From NCBI GenBank assembly GCA_965287045.1, contig OZ336890.1, positions 21,204,001 through 21,268,000 on the forward strand: a stretch of DNA of 64,000 bases. Reading direction: 5' to 3'. The stretch's first letter is position 1. Each line of letters starts with the position of its first letter. The notes under the pieces were generated by a model. It made no database searches and was not told where the DNA came from. It was given only the letters and a program-made list of their open reading frames with translations. Below are positions 12,100-25,624 of this stretch, one piece after another. Position numbers and translations under genes: made by a program. The DNA comes from Carcharhinus amblyrhynchos (Eukaryota).

Positions 12100-12398
12100 C
12101 AGTTTAGTTAGTAGTGTCACAGGTAGGTTTATGTTAACACTGCAATGAAGTTACTGTGAAAACTCCCTAGTCGCCACATTGCGGCACCCGTTCAGGTACA
12201 CTGAGGGAGAATTTAGCATGGCCAATGCACCTAACCAGCACATCTTTCGGACTGTGGGAGGAAATTGGAGCACCCGGCAGAAACCCCTACACACAGACAC
12301 AGGGAGAACGTGCAGATTCGGCACAGACAGTGACCCAAGTTGGGATTCGAAGCCTGGTGCCTGGCGCTGTGAGGCACCACTGTGCCACAACGCTGCCA
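12100..12398 (-). mobile_element. HE1-like V-SINE, tail type B
   Basis: ttaacactgcaatgaagttactgtgaaa...cacagacagtgacccaag...gtgaggca. Confidence 0.88.
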
Positions 12399-13046
12399 TA
12401 ATGCTCATCCAATCATTGTTTTGAAGTGATGTGAAATAACTATTTTTGTGGTCCCTGTAGAACAATCAGTTCTGCAATCTTTTTGTAACGTGAACCTTCT
12501 TTGTTAAAGTAAATTAGTTTGCTGATAATTTTACTAATCCAAACGTTATTACTGTCACAATGACTTCAGTATACAGTGAGCATGATAAGAGATACAAATA
12601 TGTCATGATCACAATGGATTTATATTTCACAGTACTCCAGCTCTGCTTAGTGTTTTAGTAATTAAGCTTGCTGCTGATAAGATCAGTAGTTTTTCCAGAT
12701 GAGTATTTTCAATGCTTCTGTGATAGCAAATATAATTATATGATGCTGTTTTTAGATTCTTAATTCTTAGATTCTTAATGTCAATTTGGTCTAGAGTTAT
12801 CCTACTTTCCCTTGAGGTTTTTTAAACTTCCGTTTTTCTATCTCTATATACCTTTTGTGAAAAAGGTTTCTTCTGATTTTCTTTTCACAAAACAAATATT
12901 CTGATAATATTGCCTTTTCGATTTTGTTATTTGATCTCAATGAGATTGTGTCAGGATGACTGACTCATAACTTATTCAAAACATTCAATTTATCATCTTT
13001 TGTACTAGTCACTGGCCCAAGGTGATAATATCGGTTTCATTGCCAT

Positions 13047-13440
13047 GCAGTCTGAACACAGGCTGGCTACAAACAGGTTGCAGTCTGAACGCAGGCTGGA
13101 CGTAAAGAGGTTGCAGTTTGAACGCAGGCTGAATGCAAACAGGTTGCAGTCTGCACACAGACTGGATGCAAAGAGCTTGCAGTCTAAACACAGGCCGGAT
13201 GCAAACAGGTTGCAGTCTGAACGCAGGCTGGATGTAAAGAGGTTGCAGTTTGAACGCAGGCTGGATGCAAACAGGTTGCAGTCTGCACACAGACCGGATG
13301 CAAAGAGCTTGCAGTCTAAACACAGGCCGGATGCAAACAGGTCGCAGTCTGAACGCAGGCTGAATGTAAAGAGGTTATGGTCTGAACGCAGGCTGGATGC
13401 AAACAGGTTGCAGTCTGAACACACGGTGAATGCAACTTGA
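13047..13440. repeat. 33-bp minisatellite, ~12 units, with a 132-bp (4-unit) higher-order period
   Basis: Unit gcagtctgaacgcaggctggatgcaaacaggtt; variants recur every 4 units (translated: DVKRL, ANRL, AKSL, KHRPDANR). Confidence 0.93.
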
Positions 13441-14609
13441 ATACTGGATGCACTGGCAATACAGGTCAGATGCAGTCAGAATCCTGGACACACGACTGGA
13501 CACAATGCAGTCAAATACAAACAGCATGCATGCGGGCTGTGAGAAGTTGCATCACAGTGTGTAGCAAGTGACTCAGAAAAATATTATGATGTTACAACCT
13601 CTATTTTGTCTGAAATGCTATTGATTTACTCCCATTTAAAAAAAAATCCCAATCTCCCTGGCCTCATTGAGTCTCCGCAGGCTGCACAAATCCCTGCATC
13701 ACAGAAGTGCCATTGTGTCCCTTGCATATGATAACATTGCAATGAAAATTAAACACAGCTGCTTCCCCCATTCATATCGCCACCCCCCCCCTCCCCAAAA
13801 TGCCTCATTCACCTGACTTGTTGGCAGTCAGGTCCTCCTTAATCTTTTGAACACTGAGTAACTCATGAGGATATTTGATTAGAAAATGTTATACCCGAGC
13901 AAATGCAGTGCTGCCAAATGACTTGTACAGAGAAACTGTAAAGCAGATTTGAGATATGCATACCGAGGCCAAGACCATTATATCGTCTTAATAAACATAA
14001 GTAAGGCTCTTTTTATCTTAGACCCAGTGTGTCAATTTGGTATTGAAAGAGTTAATACAGCACATACACACACACACCATTTGCAGCAAATGTTAATAAT
14101 AACTTCCTCTGGACTCATGCAGCTTTAAGAGTCTGCGATTAATTCAGTTTAGAAGTAAGGAAGTGATCTGAGTTTTGTGGACCTGTTGCCAGCTACCGCC
14201 CACATCAGGCCTTGTGCCTGCTGAATAGCAATGAGATGATTCTGCTGGATGTGGTTTACATTCCTACACCTACAGACACAGCAGTCTCCACACCTGGCTC
14301 TGCTGTCTTCAGGCAAAAATGTGAAGACCAGCCCTTTCCATCTTGTGCCAACTCCTGACAGAGCTTGGAAACAGCAGATGACTCAGCGTTAAAAAGCTGG
14401 GACGCAGGGCTCTGTAACAGATCATCCCTGTTAACTCTCTTGCTGCCGGGTTTTTGCCTTTCTTTTGAAACAGTTACCTTAACGTTTAATTGCGTGCTTA
14501 GAGAAAACCAGTTTGGCCTAAACAATCGCGTTCTTTGGTATGCTCAGAAACTGCAAGTGTAAAAGGGCCGGGCTCCCGTACCTCAGTAAACACAGCCTGA
14601 CCCCATTTA

Positions 14610-15030
14610 TCATAGAACTCCTACAGTGCAGAAGCAGGCCATTTGGCACATCGAGGCTGCACTGACAACAATCCCACCCATGTCCTATCCCCATTACCCA
14701 ACATGTTTACCCTACTAATCACTGACACCAAGGGGCAACTTAGCATGGCCAATCATCCTAACCCTTTGGGCCTTTGGATTGACAGGGCATTTTACCCAGA
14801 TCCTATCCCCATAATCCCACATATTTACCCCACTAATCCTCTTAGCATACAAATCTGGAGATACCAAGCTTCAATGCATCTTTGGAGTGTGGGAGGAAAC
14901 CAGAGCACCCAAAGGAAACCCACACAGACCTGGGGAGAACGTGCAAACTCCACATAGACAGTCAGCCGAGGTTGGAATTGAACCCAAGTCCCTGGTGCTG
15001 TGAGGCAGCAGTGCTAACCACTGTGCTACC
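14610..15030 (-). mobile_element. HE1-like V-SINE, tail type A, with internal partial duplication
   Basis: catagaactcctacagtgcagaagcaggccattt ... gcagcagtgctaaccactgtgc; the tcctatcccc.t.a...tttaccc block occurs twice. Confidence 0.85.
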
Positions 15031-15749
15031 CACTTGAATTGGCTCACATTATTGTCCCAGTTGCCATTAATCTCAGATTTTTAAGTTTGAAAGTCATTTA
15101 AAACAACTTTTTTTGTAGATCCATTGAATCATTGGCTGCTCCAGTTCATCTGCATTATCCAGCCTTCCGACTGGAGAAGGCGAGCAGGAAAAGTACTTAC
15201 CAGGTGATATATTTTCCTGTGTGTGTAAAATTCAGGAAACATTTTTGGAGTTAACTGTCGTGACAAAACCAATGACATTCCAGTAAAGCAATGTATAGTT
15301 TTTCAAAACACAGGAAGCCATGTACCCTGGCTTTGTTTACAATCCCACTACGGGGCCCATATTTCAAGGCTCACCCATTAGTCGTGAGCCTCTCAGGTAC
15401 CAAATCTTTCCCAGCTGGGTCGTGTCTGATTTCCACACCGTGCTACTTGCTGAAGAAATGTCCACGAGAGCCTGCGAGCTCTGCAGCTGATCGTTTAGAA
15501 ATACTAACCGTGCAGGAAAAAGAAATAATCAATTAATTCCCATCATCACTATTTCCCTGGACGGTCGGGAGACTTGTCTACATTCCCTCCCCCATTAGGA
15601 ATCAATATGATCGAGCCTCCAATAGCTCCACCCCTGCTTCTCATAAATGTCAATGTGCCTGCCCTACGCCCTGCAGCACACACTCAGGCTGCTGGGGTAT
15701 CCACCACGCTTAGTTTATGACGGGGGGAATAAATGTAAGCTTTGCAAAA

Positions 15750-16067
15750 TGGCGACATGGTGGCACAGTGGTTGGCACTGCAGCCTCACAGCTCCAGGGA
15801 TGCGGGTTCGATTCCTGGCTTGGGTTGCTGTCTGTGTGGAGTTTGCATGTTCTCCCCATGTCTGCGCGGGTTTCCTCCCACAGTCCAAAGATGTGTGAGT
15901 TAGGTTAACTGGCCATGCTAAATTGCCCCTTAGTGCCCTAGGATGTGTACATTAGAGGGATTGGCAGGCTAAATATGTGGAGTTATAGGGATATGGCCTG
16001 GGTGGGATTGTCGTCAGTGCAGACATGATGGGCCGAATGGCCGTACTGTAAGGATTCTATGTTTCTA
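15750..16067 (+). mobile_element. HE1-like V-SINE, tail type A
   Basis: ggcgacatggtggcacagtggttggcactg head; tail gatgggccgaatggcc..ctgtaaggattctatg. Confidence 0.88.
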
Positions 16068-16303
16068 GGTGTGGGTTCCTCAGTATCTGTTGCCGAACAT
16101 CAGGCAGCTGAACATGCGGATGCAGTCCTTTTTTTTATTTAATACACATTTTACTGAATACTTCATCCACCAGTAGATAGAACAACCATCGAGGTTTAAA
16201 TCCACTCCAGAAATAAAGTTATAAGAGCAATCAGTTCATCCTGCATTTAAAACATTGCAACAGTGCTCAGAGTAACCAGGAAATATCCCCAGGTCACTCG
16301 ATC

Positions 16304-16576
16304 TAGTTAGCACTGCTGTCTCACAGCGCCAGGAACCCGGGTTGGATTCCCAGATTGGGTCACTGTCTGTGCGGAGTCTGCACGTTCTCCCTCCCTCTGC
16401 GTGGGTTTTTCCGGGTGCTCCAGTTTTCCTTCCACAGTCCGAAAGACATGCTGGTTAGGTGCACTGGCCATGCTAAGTTCTCCCTCGGTGTGCCCGAACA
16501 GGCAGCCAAGGGATTTTCAAGTAACTTCACTGCAGTGTTAATATAAGCCTATTTGTGACACTAATAAATAAACTCT
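16304..16576 (+). mobile_element. HE1-like V-SINE, tail type B
   Basis: gttagcactgctgtctcacagcgccagg ... aagcctatttgtgacactaataaataaact. Confidence 0.88.
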
Positions 16577-16661
16577 AATAATTCCACCATAGAAGATATG
16601 GTCCCAGATTTGGCTTTCCCATAACAGTGCACATGGAGGCGAGATTACTGAATTTACAAAT

Positions 16662-16963
16662 AGGCAGCGCATGTTTAGCACTGCTACCTCACAGGACCTG
16701 GATTCAATTCCGGCCTCAGGTCACTGTGTAGAGTTCACACATTTGCCCCGTGTCCACGTGGATCTCCTCCAAGTGCTCCGGTTTCCTCCCACAGTCCAAA
16801 GCTGTGCGGGTTACGTTGATTGGCCATGCTAAATTGCCCCTTAGTGTCAGGGGTATTAGCAGGGTAAATGCGTGTGGTTATGGGGATAAGGCCTGGGTGG
16901 GATTGTGGCTGGTGCAGACTCGATGGGCCAAATGGCCTCCTTCTGCACTGTGGGGATTCTATG
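16662..16963 (+). mobile_element. HE1-like V-SINE, tail type A
   Basis: HE1 body; tail gcagactcgatgggccaaatggcctccttctgcactgtggggattctatg. Confidence 0.9.
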
Positions 16964-19794
16964 ACTTTAAAAAGATCCCCCGCCCTTCCCCTGAATAATA
17001 CTGAGACAAAAGTGCTTTTTTTCTGTGCAATCACAGAAGTCCAGTGTCAGCAGCAATGTTAAACCATTTAAAATAAACAGGTTAACACCCTCATTAGCAC
17101 AGTGGACGCAGGAATGTCCCGGCACACAGGTTTTCTACGTTAATCTTGGCTGGCTGTAAATTCACGCTCAGAATCATTAACTTCCAGCGGATAAATTAAG
17201 CCGTGACCCTGGCCAGGATGAGGCTGCTACGTCAGAACCCGGGAGAATAAATCCCAAAGCTGGGAGTAAATGTTATTTCCAAAGAATGTAGAGTGTACGG
17301 AAGTCCGTCACATCTTTTCACCAAAATGTGTTAAACTGGCTGGAGCGGATGGGCCGGTGAAAGCATTTCTGTGTGGGACAAAATTTGAGCTGTGAGCAGG
17401 AAGGAAGAAAATGAAGAAAGATGTGCAAACCTCAGCATAAGCCATCGTCAATCTGGAGAGATTCCGGCCATTTGTCCTGTGGAACTGTGCTACACAATAT
17501 CTCCTTTTATGATACCCAAGTTTCAGGATGGTTGGAGGAAGGGGGCGGGGGTGCTGGGGGGCGGGTAACTCTACAGGCTGCACTGGCAGTCCAGAATGGA
17601 AAACCGTCATATTAAATATCTATAGTAATTCTTCAAATGAACGCCACAAAGGATAGATCAGGTTTTTTTAAAAACATGAACACTGGATTCTTCACATTAC
17701 TACAGTGCATGCATTCAATTACAAAATTGAATTCAGGTTTCCTTGGGTTTAGAATTTCATACCACAAATACTGATTCATTTACGAGTTTCTGAGAATGCC
17801 TTTCAACCTTCCAATTCCCTCTTGCTGCGATCCTTAATATTACAGAGAAACATATGACATAAAAATGAGTTATGCAGATGATGCAGATCAATAAGCAGGA
17901 AAAGGAATTGACCAAGTGGCACTTTAGCTTCGATCACATCAGTCGCACATTTGACTGAATTCGGAGCCACAACAGCGGAGGTTTGGTAACCACCGGTTGC
18001 TGACTGGAGCTTCGTGCTGAATCTATTTATATATTACTAATAAACAACTAGGAGCGGCCAGACTCTTAATTATCCTGTTGACCAGAAGGGCTGCCTGGTA
18101 CTTGCATCCTCCCACCTCAATCGGATGAGTTTCATCTGTTTATTTTATTGACTCAGCGGCCACAGAAGGTAAAATGAGGAGGGAAAAGGTCATTTTTCCA
18201 TGAATCGCACCTTCTGCCAACCAGTAACAGAACCACAGCGGCTGCACTGATGGGGAAAGCTATAACTCGGGTTACTGGCAGGAGCTGGGGCAACAGCTTG
18301 TTAAAGGCATTTGTTAAGCCATCAGGTGTAAAATAACAACTTTCTGATATTGGAATACAGGTAGTATTACAAGGAGTGAATTCAAAATCCGCTGGCCTCC
18401 TGTGAGTGCTTCAAGCACACTCAGTCTTTCTTAAGGCTAATGCTAAAAAGTAAAATACTCGAATCATATTGGAACTGTTCTCTGATGAGTTGTCATTTCT
18501 GGTTTAAGGTTCAGTTCTCCTATGACATGAATATTTTTCCTCTTCTGTAAGGCGATCCTTTAAAATAATCTTCATTCTAATGCTTCAGAGTTGTGAAAAA
18601 TTTGGGACGAGTTAATATCCAAACCTCCATTCCCTTTCAATAGAAGGCAGACAACATGCACCACGGACCTTTTTAAACTAAAATTTGTGCTAGTTTGCTG
18701 GATTTCTGGCATTATTTGTTCCACCAGTATAGTTGATTGTATTTCACACTTTCAACACATAGGTTTGTTGAACCTATGTTTGTTGAACAACAACAGAGAG
18801 AAAGGCTGTTTTACAGAATTTTACGTAAATAACTGGATTTAGTTTGCAATCCCCCCAGTGGCACCGTGGTAAACAGCAGACAATACGACCCAATATCCCT
18901 TCACTATGGTAGAGCCACGGATAAGTCATTAATAATCATTTACAATATCAGCCATATGGTCCATCAGGAACCTGGGCTGTTGGCAAATGAAAGGTTTTAA
19001 ACATTATTGAGAGGGAGATTCCTGGAGAATCTCGCTGCTTCGGAAATCTGGACTCACTTTGGCTGATGAAATAAAAGGATGGAAGGAAATGTATGGAGCA
19101 AGGGTAGGAGCTAGGGAGGGACAGGTAGAGATTAGCAGAAGGAAAGAGAAGGAAGTGGAGAAGGTGAAAAGCACACGGGTGTGGGACTGTGGTGGGTATA
19201 CTGTGACGCTGCTGCCTCGAAAGCAAAAGTGGAAGTGCACAGTGTCACAGATGCAAACTGTACTGCAAGTTGTTCATTTAAATCAGGGCTACACTGTCTG
19301 AATCACATTTTTTCTCAGGCGTTGTTGTGTTCCCAGTAGGGGCTTACTTTCTAACCAGACAGTTGCCATTCTGCTGTCGAGTGGAGAAATAAAAGCCACA
19401 ATGTTAAAAACAACAAACAAAACAAATTGCTCTAATGAACAACACAGAAAGCATAACTCTGACACCCGCAGTCACCCTTGCTGCTCCTGCCCTGTGTAGT
19501 ATTGGCGCAGACTTAAAAACACACTTTGCATGCGAACTGTTAAAAGATAGTTTAATGTCAGACCTAAATAATGTGCATTCAACGTGGCTAGAAGAATGGT
19601 CAGAAGAGTAGCACTAAAGGACAGGTGAGGGATTTAGGGACTGCAGGGGAATGGGATTAATATAAAGGAAGAGGAGCGGGGTGAAAAGACAGGGGTATGG
19701 CAGAATTCTCACACTGAATAGAAAATTATTTGAAAGCAACAGAGCCACAGTAATGCAGTCACATTTGGAACTGACTGAAGTGAAAAAAGTGACA

Positions 19795-20085
19795 AAGTTT
19801 TTTATTTATTAGTCACAAGTAAGGCTTACATTACACTGCAATGAAGTTACTGTGAAATTCCCTGAGTCACCACACACCAGCACCCGCTCGGATACACTGA
19901 GCGAGAATCCCAGCATGATCAAATCACTTAACCAGCACATCTTCGGACTGTGGGAGGAAGCCGGAACACCCAAAGGAAACCCAGCCCACGCAGACATGGG
20001 GAGAATGTGCAAACTCCACACAGACAGTGACCCAAGCTGGGAAGCGAACCCAGGTCCCTGGCGCTGTGAGGCAGCAGCACTAACA
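19795..20085 (-). mobile_element. HE1-like V-SINE, tail type B
   Basis: aaagtttttatttattagtcacaagtaaggcttac ... gcgctgtgaggcagcagcactaac. Confidence 0.88.
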
Positions 20086-20689
20086 AAAGCTACTGGACAC
20101 TGCATTTATTAACAAAGTATTACCTGAAACACAATCTTACACTATTGTACATATTGGTCTTCAATGTTTCTCTATTACAATCATGCCAGATAACAAGAGA
20201 ACTCCTATCTCGGAGCTTAGAGACCCCCAGTTTGCCATTGTAAAAATGTCCAAATCTCATACGGTTGTGTTTTTTTTCCATGACAATGTCCAAGACTTTT
20301 AGCATTTCTAAAGGGAACATTCATTTTCTTCAGTTAGAGTGATTCCAGATTCTCCAGGCAGTGAGATGCACCAGGAAGCAATGTTCCCACAGTGTTTAAA
20401 GCCATTTAACATCAATAGACACAGGCGCTTGTGTAGCTTTTTTTTTAAACCACGGGGCAATACCACAGCCAAAAATGTATTTGTGACATTAGAGGAAAAT
20501 TCCTAGTAATTTTAACAGTGGCTGGAGGCTTTAGGGAGTTTTCTAAAAGTAATGAAGTTCACAGATTGGTGTAATATTTCACTAAGTTTCTATTGGAACT
20601 TTATCCCTATTAGTGCAGCTGCCAACTTTTTGGAAGGAAAAATCTCGATGAGACTCAGGCAACGGCTGAGTAAGAGGGGAGATTAGGGT

Positions 20690-21360
20690 GAACTAGGTGT
20701 AGGTGTGAGAGCCTATGGAGATGATTCCTCCAGCTTGCAGCGCTGCTGTGTAGCAGGCTTCCCGCTGGGCACCACAGCCTCCGTGCGACTCCTGCCACCT
20801 GATTTCCAACAACATCAGCCTCCACGCCTCTTCCCCTCCCACCAGGAGTGTTTCATTCTAGCAGGGTTTACAACAGCTCCCCACTAACAGGGAGCTAGCA
20901 GCCCCACCCCGCTGGAGTGAAGAGAGGCCATGGAGGCACTCTAGGAGGTTACAGTTAAGGGCACTGCCCGAGGGACAAAGTGGCAATGCCCAGAGGGCAC
21001 CTTGGCACTGCCCACTGGCATCAGGCAGCGCCAAAGTGGCATGGCCAGAGGAGGTGGGGACTAATTGGGGTGGGTGATCAGTGGGGGGGGGGGGGGGGGG
21101 GTGGAGTCCTGCTCTGCAATCGATATTGTTGGGAGGATAGGAAGGAGCTGATCGGGACTGGCCATTGGGGTGAGGGGGGTGTGGTCGGGGCTGCAGGGAC
21201 TGTGGGGGTGAGGTAGATGGGTGGGGGAGATTGGGACTGTTGGGAGGGGGCGGGAAATCGAGGCGGGCCAGGTGGACAGGTCAAGCAGTGCTTCGTTCGG
21301 GATGATATGTCGGGGCACATCGGCTGGGGAGGAGAGAGCGGGGGACGAGGGGGATCATCT
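20690..21360. repeat. GC/G-rich repeat-like segment with G-runs (probably a decayed DNA-transposon interior)
   Basis: ggcactgccc/ggcaatgccc motifs, poly-G at ~21083-21101 and many GGG runs. Confidence 0.4.
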
Positions 21361-21364
21361 GATA

Positions 21365-23660
21365 TCGGTGAGTGATTATACCCGGTGAAGGTGAGTGATC
21401 GTACCTGGTGTCGGTGTGCGATCGTACCTGGTGTGGGTCTGCAATTATACCTGGTGTAGGTGCGTGATTATATGGTATGGTGTGTGATTGTACTTGGTGT
21501 AGGTGTGCGATCGTACCTGGTGTAGGTGTGCGATCGTACCTGGTGTCGGTGTGCGATCGTACCTGGTGTAGGTGTGCGATCGTACCTGGTGTAGGTGTGC
21601 GATCGTACCTGGTGTAGGTGTGCGATCGTACCTGGTGTTGGTGTGCGATCGTACCTGGTGTGGGTGTGCGATTATACCTGGTGTAAGTGCGTGATTATAC
21701 CTGGTGTAGGTGTGTGCTTATACTGGTGTCGGTGTGTGATTGTACCTGGTGTCGGTGTGTGATTGTACCTGGTGTCGGTGTGTGATTGTACCTAGTGTCG
21801 GTGTGTGATTGTACTTGGTGTAGGTGTGTGATTGTACTTGGTGTAGGTGTGTGATTGTACCTGGTGAAGGTGTGCGATTGTACCTGGTGAAGGTGTGCGA
21901 TTGTACCTGGTGAAGGTGTGCGATTGTACCTGGTGAAGGTGTGCGATTGTACCTGGTGTAGGTGTGCGATTGTACCTAGTGTAGGTGCGTGATTATACCT
22001 GGTGTAGGTGCGTGATTATACCTGGTGTAGTTGTGCGATTGTACCTGGTGTAGGTGTGGAATTATACCTGGTGTAAGTGTGTGATTGTACTTGGTGTAGG
22101 TGTGCAATTGTACCTGGTGTACGTGTGGGATTGTACCTGGTGTCGGTGTGCGATTGTACCTGGTGTCGGTGTGCGCTTGTACCTGGTGTCGGCGTGCGCT
22201 TGTACCTGGTGCCGGTGTGCAATTGTACCCAATGTAGGTGTGCGATTATACCCGGTGTAGGTGTGTGATTATACCCGGTGTAGGTGTGTGATAATACCCG
22301 GTGTAGTTGTGTGATTATACCTGGTGTCGGTGTGTGATTGTACTTGGTGTAGATGTGTGATTACATCCGGTATGGATGGTGGGTATACCTGGTGTAGGTG
22401 TGTGCTTGTACCTGGCATAGGTACGTGATTGTACCTGGCGTAGGTGTGGGATTATACCTGGCGTAGGTGTGTGATTGTACCTGATGTAGTTGTGCAATTG
22501 TACCTGGTGTAAGTGTGTGATTATGCCTGCTGTAACTGTCTGATTGTGCCTGGTGTAGGTAAGTGATTATACCTGGTGTCGGTGTCTGATTGTACTTGGT
22601 GTAGGTATGTGATTACATGTGGTGTGGGTGGTGGGTACACCTGGCGTAGGTGCGTACTTATACCTGGTGTAGGTGTGTGATTATGTCCAGTGTAGATGTG
22701 CAATTATGCCCAGTGTAGGTGTGCGATTGTACCCGGTGTAGGTGTGCGATTTTACCCGGTGTAGGTGTGCGATTATACCTGGTGTAGGTGTGTGCTTATA
22801 CTGGTGTAGGTGTGTGATTGTACCTGGTGTAGGTGTGTGATTATACATGTAGGTGTGTGCTTGTACCTGGTGTAGGTGTGTGATTATACATGTAGGTGTG
22901 TGCTTGTACCTGATGTAGGTGTGTGATTATACATGTAGGTGTGTGCTTGTACCTGGTGTAGGTGTGTGATTATACATGTAGGTGTGTGCTTGTACCTGGT
23001 GTAGGTGTGTGATTATACATGTAGGTGTGTGCTTGTACCTGGTGTAGGTGTGTGATTATACATGTAGGTGTGTGCTTGTACCTGGTGTAGGTGTGTGATT
23101 ATACATGTAGGTGTGTGCTTGTACCTGGTGTAGGTGTGTGATTATACATGTAGGTGTGTGCTTGTACCTGGTGTAGGTGTGTGATTATACATGTAGGTGT
23201 GTGCTTGTACCTGGTGTAGGTGTGTGATTATACATGTAGGTGTGTGCTTGTACCTGGTGTAGGTGTGTGATTATACATGTAGGTGTGTGCTTGTACCTGG
23301 TGTAGGTGTGTGATTATACGTGTAGGTGTGTGCTTATACCTGGTGTAGGTGTGTGATTATACATGTAGGTGTGTGATTGTACCTGGTGTAGGTGTGTGAT
23401 TATACATGTAGGTGTGTGCTTGTACCTGGTGTAGGTGTGTGATTATACACATAGGTGTGTGCTTCTACCTGGTGTAGGTGTGTGATTATACACGTAGGCG
23501 TGTGCTTATACCTGGTGTAGGTGTGTGATTATACATGTAGGCGTGTGCTTATACCTGGTGTAGGTGTGTGATTATACATGTAGGTGTGTGATTATACATG
23601 TAGGTGTGTGCTTGTACCTGGTGTGGGTGTGTGAATATACATGGTGCAGGTGTGTGACTG
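21365..23660. repeat. 2.3-kb minisatellite: 23-bp unit switching to a 43-bp (23+20) higher-order unit
   Basis: gtacctggtgtaggtgtgcgat(c/t), period 23 from 21365; gtacctggtgtaggtgtgtgattatacatgtaggtgtgtgctt, period 43 from ~22820. Confidence 0.95.
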
Positions 23661-24164
23661 TGGGAATATACTGTTTGAACACATGTGTGAATATGCCTGT
23701 TCAAGATGCTTGTTTAAGCCTTTGTACATGCGGATGTACTTGTGGGTACATATGAGTGAATGGTGGTATAGATAGTCAGCGATGAGCATGCTCCAGACAG
23801 TTAGATCTTTTAACTGATGCTGAGAACTGAAATGGTCCCATATCAGATTAGCTGCCATTTTACCCACATCCCTTTCTCATTCAAGTTAATCATGTCAAAG
23901 GTTGACATTACCTCAGGCATGGCTACAATTTGCTGCAGTGGCCATGTTTTTCCAACAATTATAATGGTTAGAAAATCATGAGAAGAATGTATCCAACTTT
24001 CCAACACCTGCCTGCAGGTTGTCTGTCTGGTAATAGGATGGAGTTCCAACATTACACCCTAATCAACAGGTCAAAGGCAAAGTAGCAGTATTACATGTGG
24101 ATGTTGAAGCAGCTGCCTCACTATCACCAGCTTTAAGCAATAATGTAAACAAATATTCAATAAG

Positions 24165-24480
24165 GATGGCACGGTGGCATAGCAGTTAGCATTGCTGCCT
24201 CGCAGTGCCGGGGACCTGGGTTCAATCCCAGCCTTGGGTGACTGTGCAGAGACTGCATCTTCTTCCCATGTCTGCATGGGTTTCCTCCAAGTGTTCCGGT
24301 TTCTTCCCACACTCCTGAGATGTGCAGGTTAGGTGGATTACCATGGTGAAATGCCCCTTAGTGTCCCAAGATAGACAGTTTAGGGAGAGCAGCAGGGTGA
24401 ATACATGGGGTTACACAGTAAGCCTGAGTTAGATTTGTTGGGCCAAATGGCCTTCTTCTGCGCCGTAGGAATTCTATGAT
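24165..24480 (+). mobile_element. HE1-like V-SINE, tail type A
   Basis: ggcacggtggcatagcagttagc head; tail gggccaaatggccttcttctgcgccgtaggaattctatg. Confidence 0.88.
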
Positions 24481-25566
24481 TACGCACTGTCGAGGTCTAC
24501 TGCTATAAGGGAGCACGGTTCGGTTATGTGCCCCTTCAGTGAAGTACATCAGGTAGACTCAGTGACTATGTTGATGACGTGAGGAATGATCACTTGAACC
24601 AGGCTGTTGGTACTGTGGACCGGCTGCCGGACAGTGTGTTTTGAAGAGGAGGCATAAAACTGGAGCGGGAAAACAGCAGAGAATTCCAGAAACAAGTCTG
24701 TGAACGTAAAATGTGGCAGCACAGTAAAGTAACATGGGTTCACGACAGAGAAAGGACAACCCGAAGAGACATGAAAATTGGGATAGAAACAAAAATGGCA
24801 AAACCCACTGAAGGAATGCTGCCAAACGAGAGTCAGCATTCGCTTTTATCCTGCATTTTCCAAAGGTTGAGACAATAAGATATGTCAGCTAACTCCTGGT
24901 GTCTCACACCTTAGCAGAAATTGACTATCTAAACACAGTGGCAATGAGGAGACAAGCAACAAAATTGGGATCCTCGTGTTAAAAACAGAATACCTGCCGA
25001 ACATATATTTAAAAAGTCACTCATTTTCTCCTTCTCCTTTCCGAGTCCCTTTGATCTCTCTGGTTATAGGATCACATGACATGCTGTCTGTTTGGATGAC
25101 AACCCGCCATTTGCATCTGTAAGTTCTGTAAGAAGACTCGTGGCTGCGGACAAATAAACTGAACCCAACTGAGCTTGTTTTTGGCACAGGGTGGAGATCA
25201 AAGGCAAGTTCAGGAACCCGTCACAGAGTCCAATAAATCATCCGTCTCTCCCCGCCAATCAGGCCTATCCATTTGCTGCACCCGACAGCATTCCATTTCT
25301 CTTCCAGATCTTTCCGGCCCCTACCCTCCCCCCACCCCATTTCCTAGTTCCGTGCATCAATTCCAACCGTCAGAATAACCAGACAGCCCATTCCCAGGTG
25401 TCTATCAATAACCCCACTTCAATCGGTCGAGATGGAACAAGCTTCACTCCATCATCAAAATTTTACCAGCACGCATGCCCTGGAATCGGAGCAGGGGTGG
25501 GGTGGGGGGCGGTATGTGTGTGTGTCTGTCTGTGTGTGTGTGAGGCTCGCAGAACAGAATTCTCTG

Positions 25567-25624
25567 TTGGCCTCGGGCGGGATTTTATGAGCCTTGCCCG
25601 AGCGAGGTCGTAAAATCCTGGCCC
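25567..25624 (-). mobile_element. Partial copy of the short MITE-like family
   Basis: ttggcctcgggcgggattttatgag...gtaaaatcctggccc is the reverse of the left half of the 11921 and 62569 copies. Confidence 0.55.

Noticed and set aside
15201-15216. Possible 16-nt minus-strand microexon (cag|GAAAATATATCACCTG|gtaagt)
   Set aside because: Weak pyrimidine tract and a frame-shifting length; consensus donors arise by chance in 50 kb. Only junction reads could rescue it.
15365-15395. Minus-strand GSRLMG resembling the start of BAHCC1 exon 2 (SSRLMG)
   Set aside because: Followed at once by EP-stop, with no FMGSFL continuation and no proper acceptor; chance match.
21365-23660. Possible CRISPR-like array
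   Set aside because: Units are head-to-tail with no unique spacers, the context is vertebrate and there are no cas genes. It is a minisatellite.
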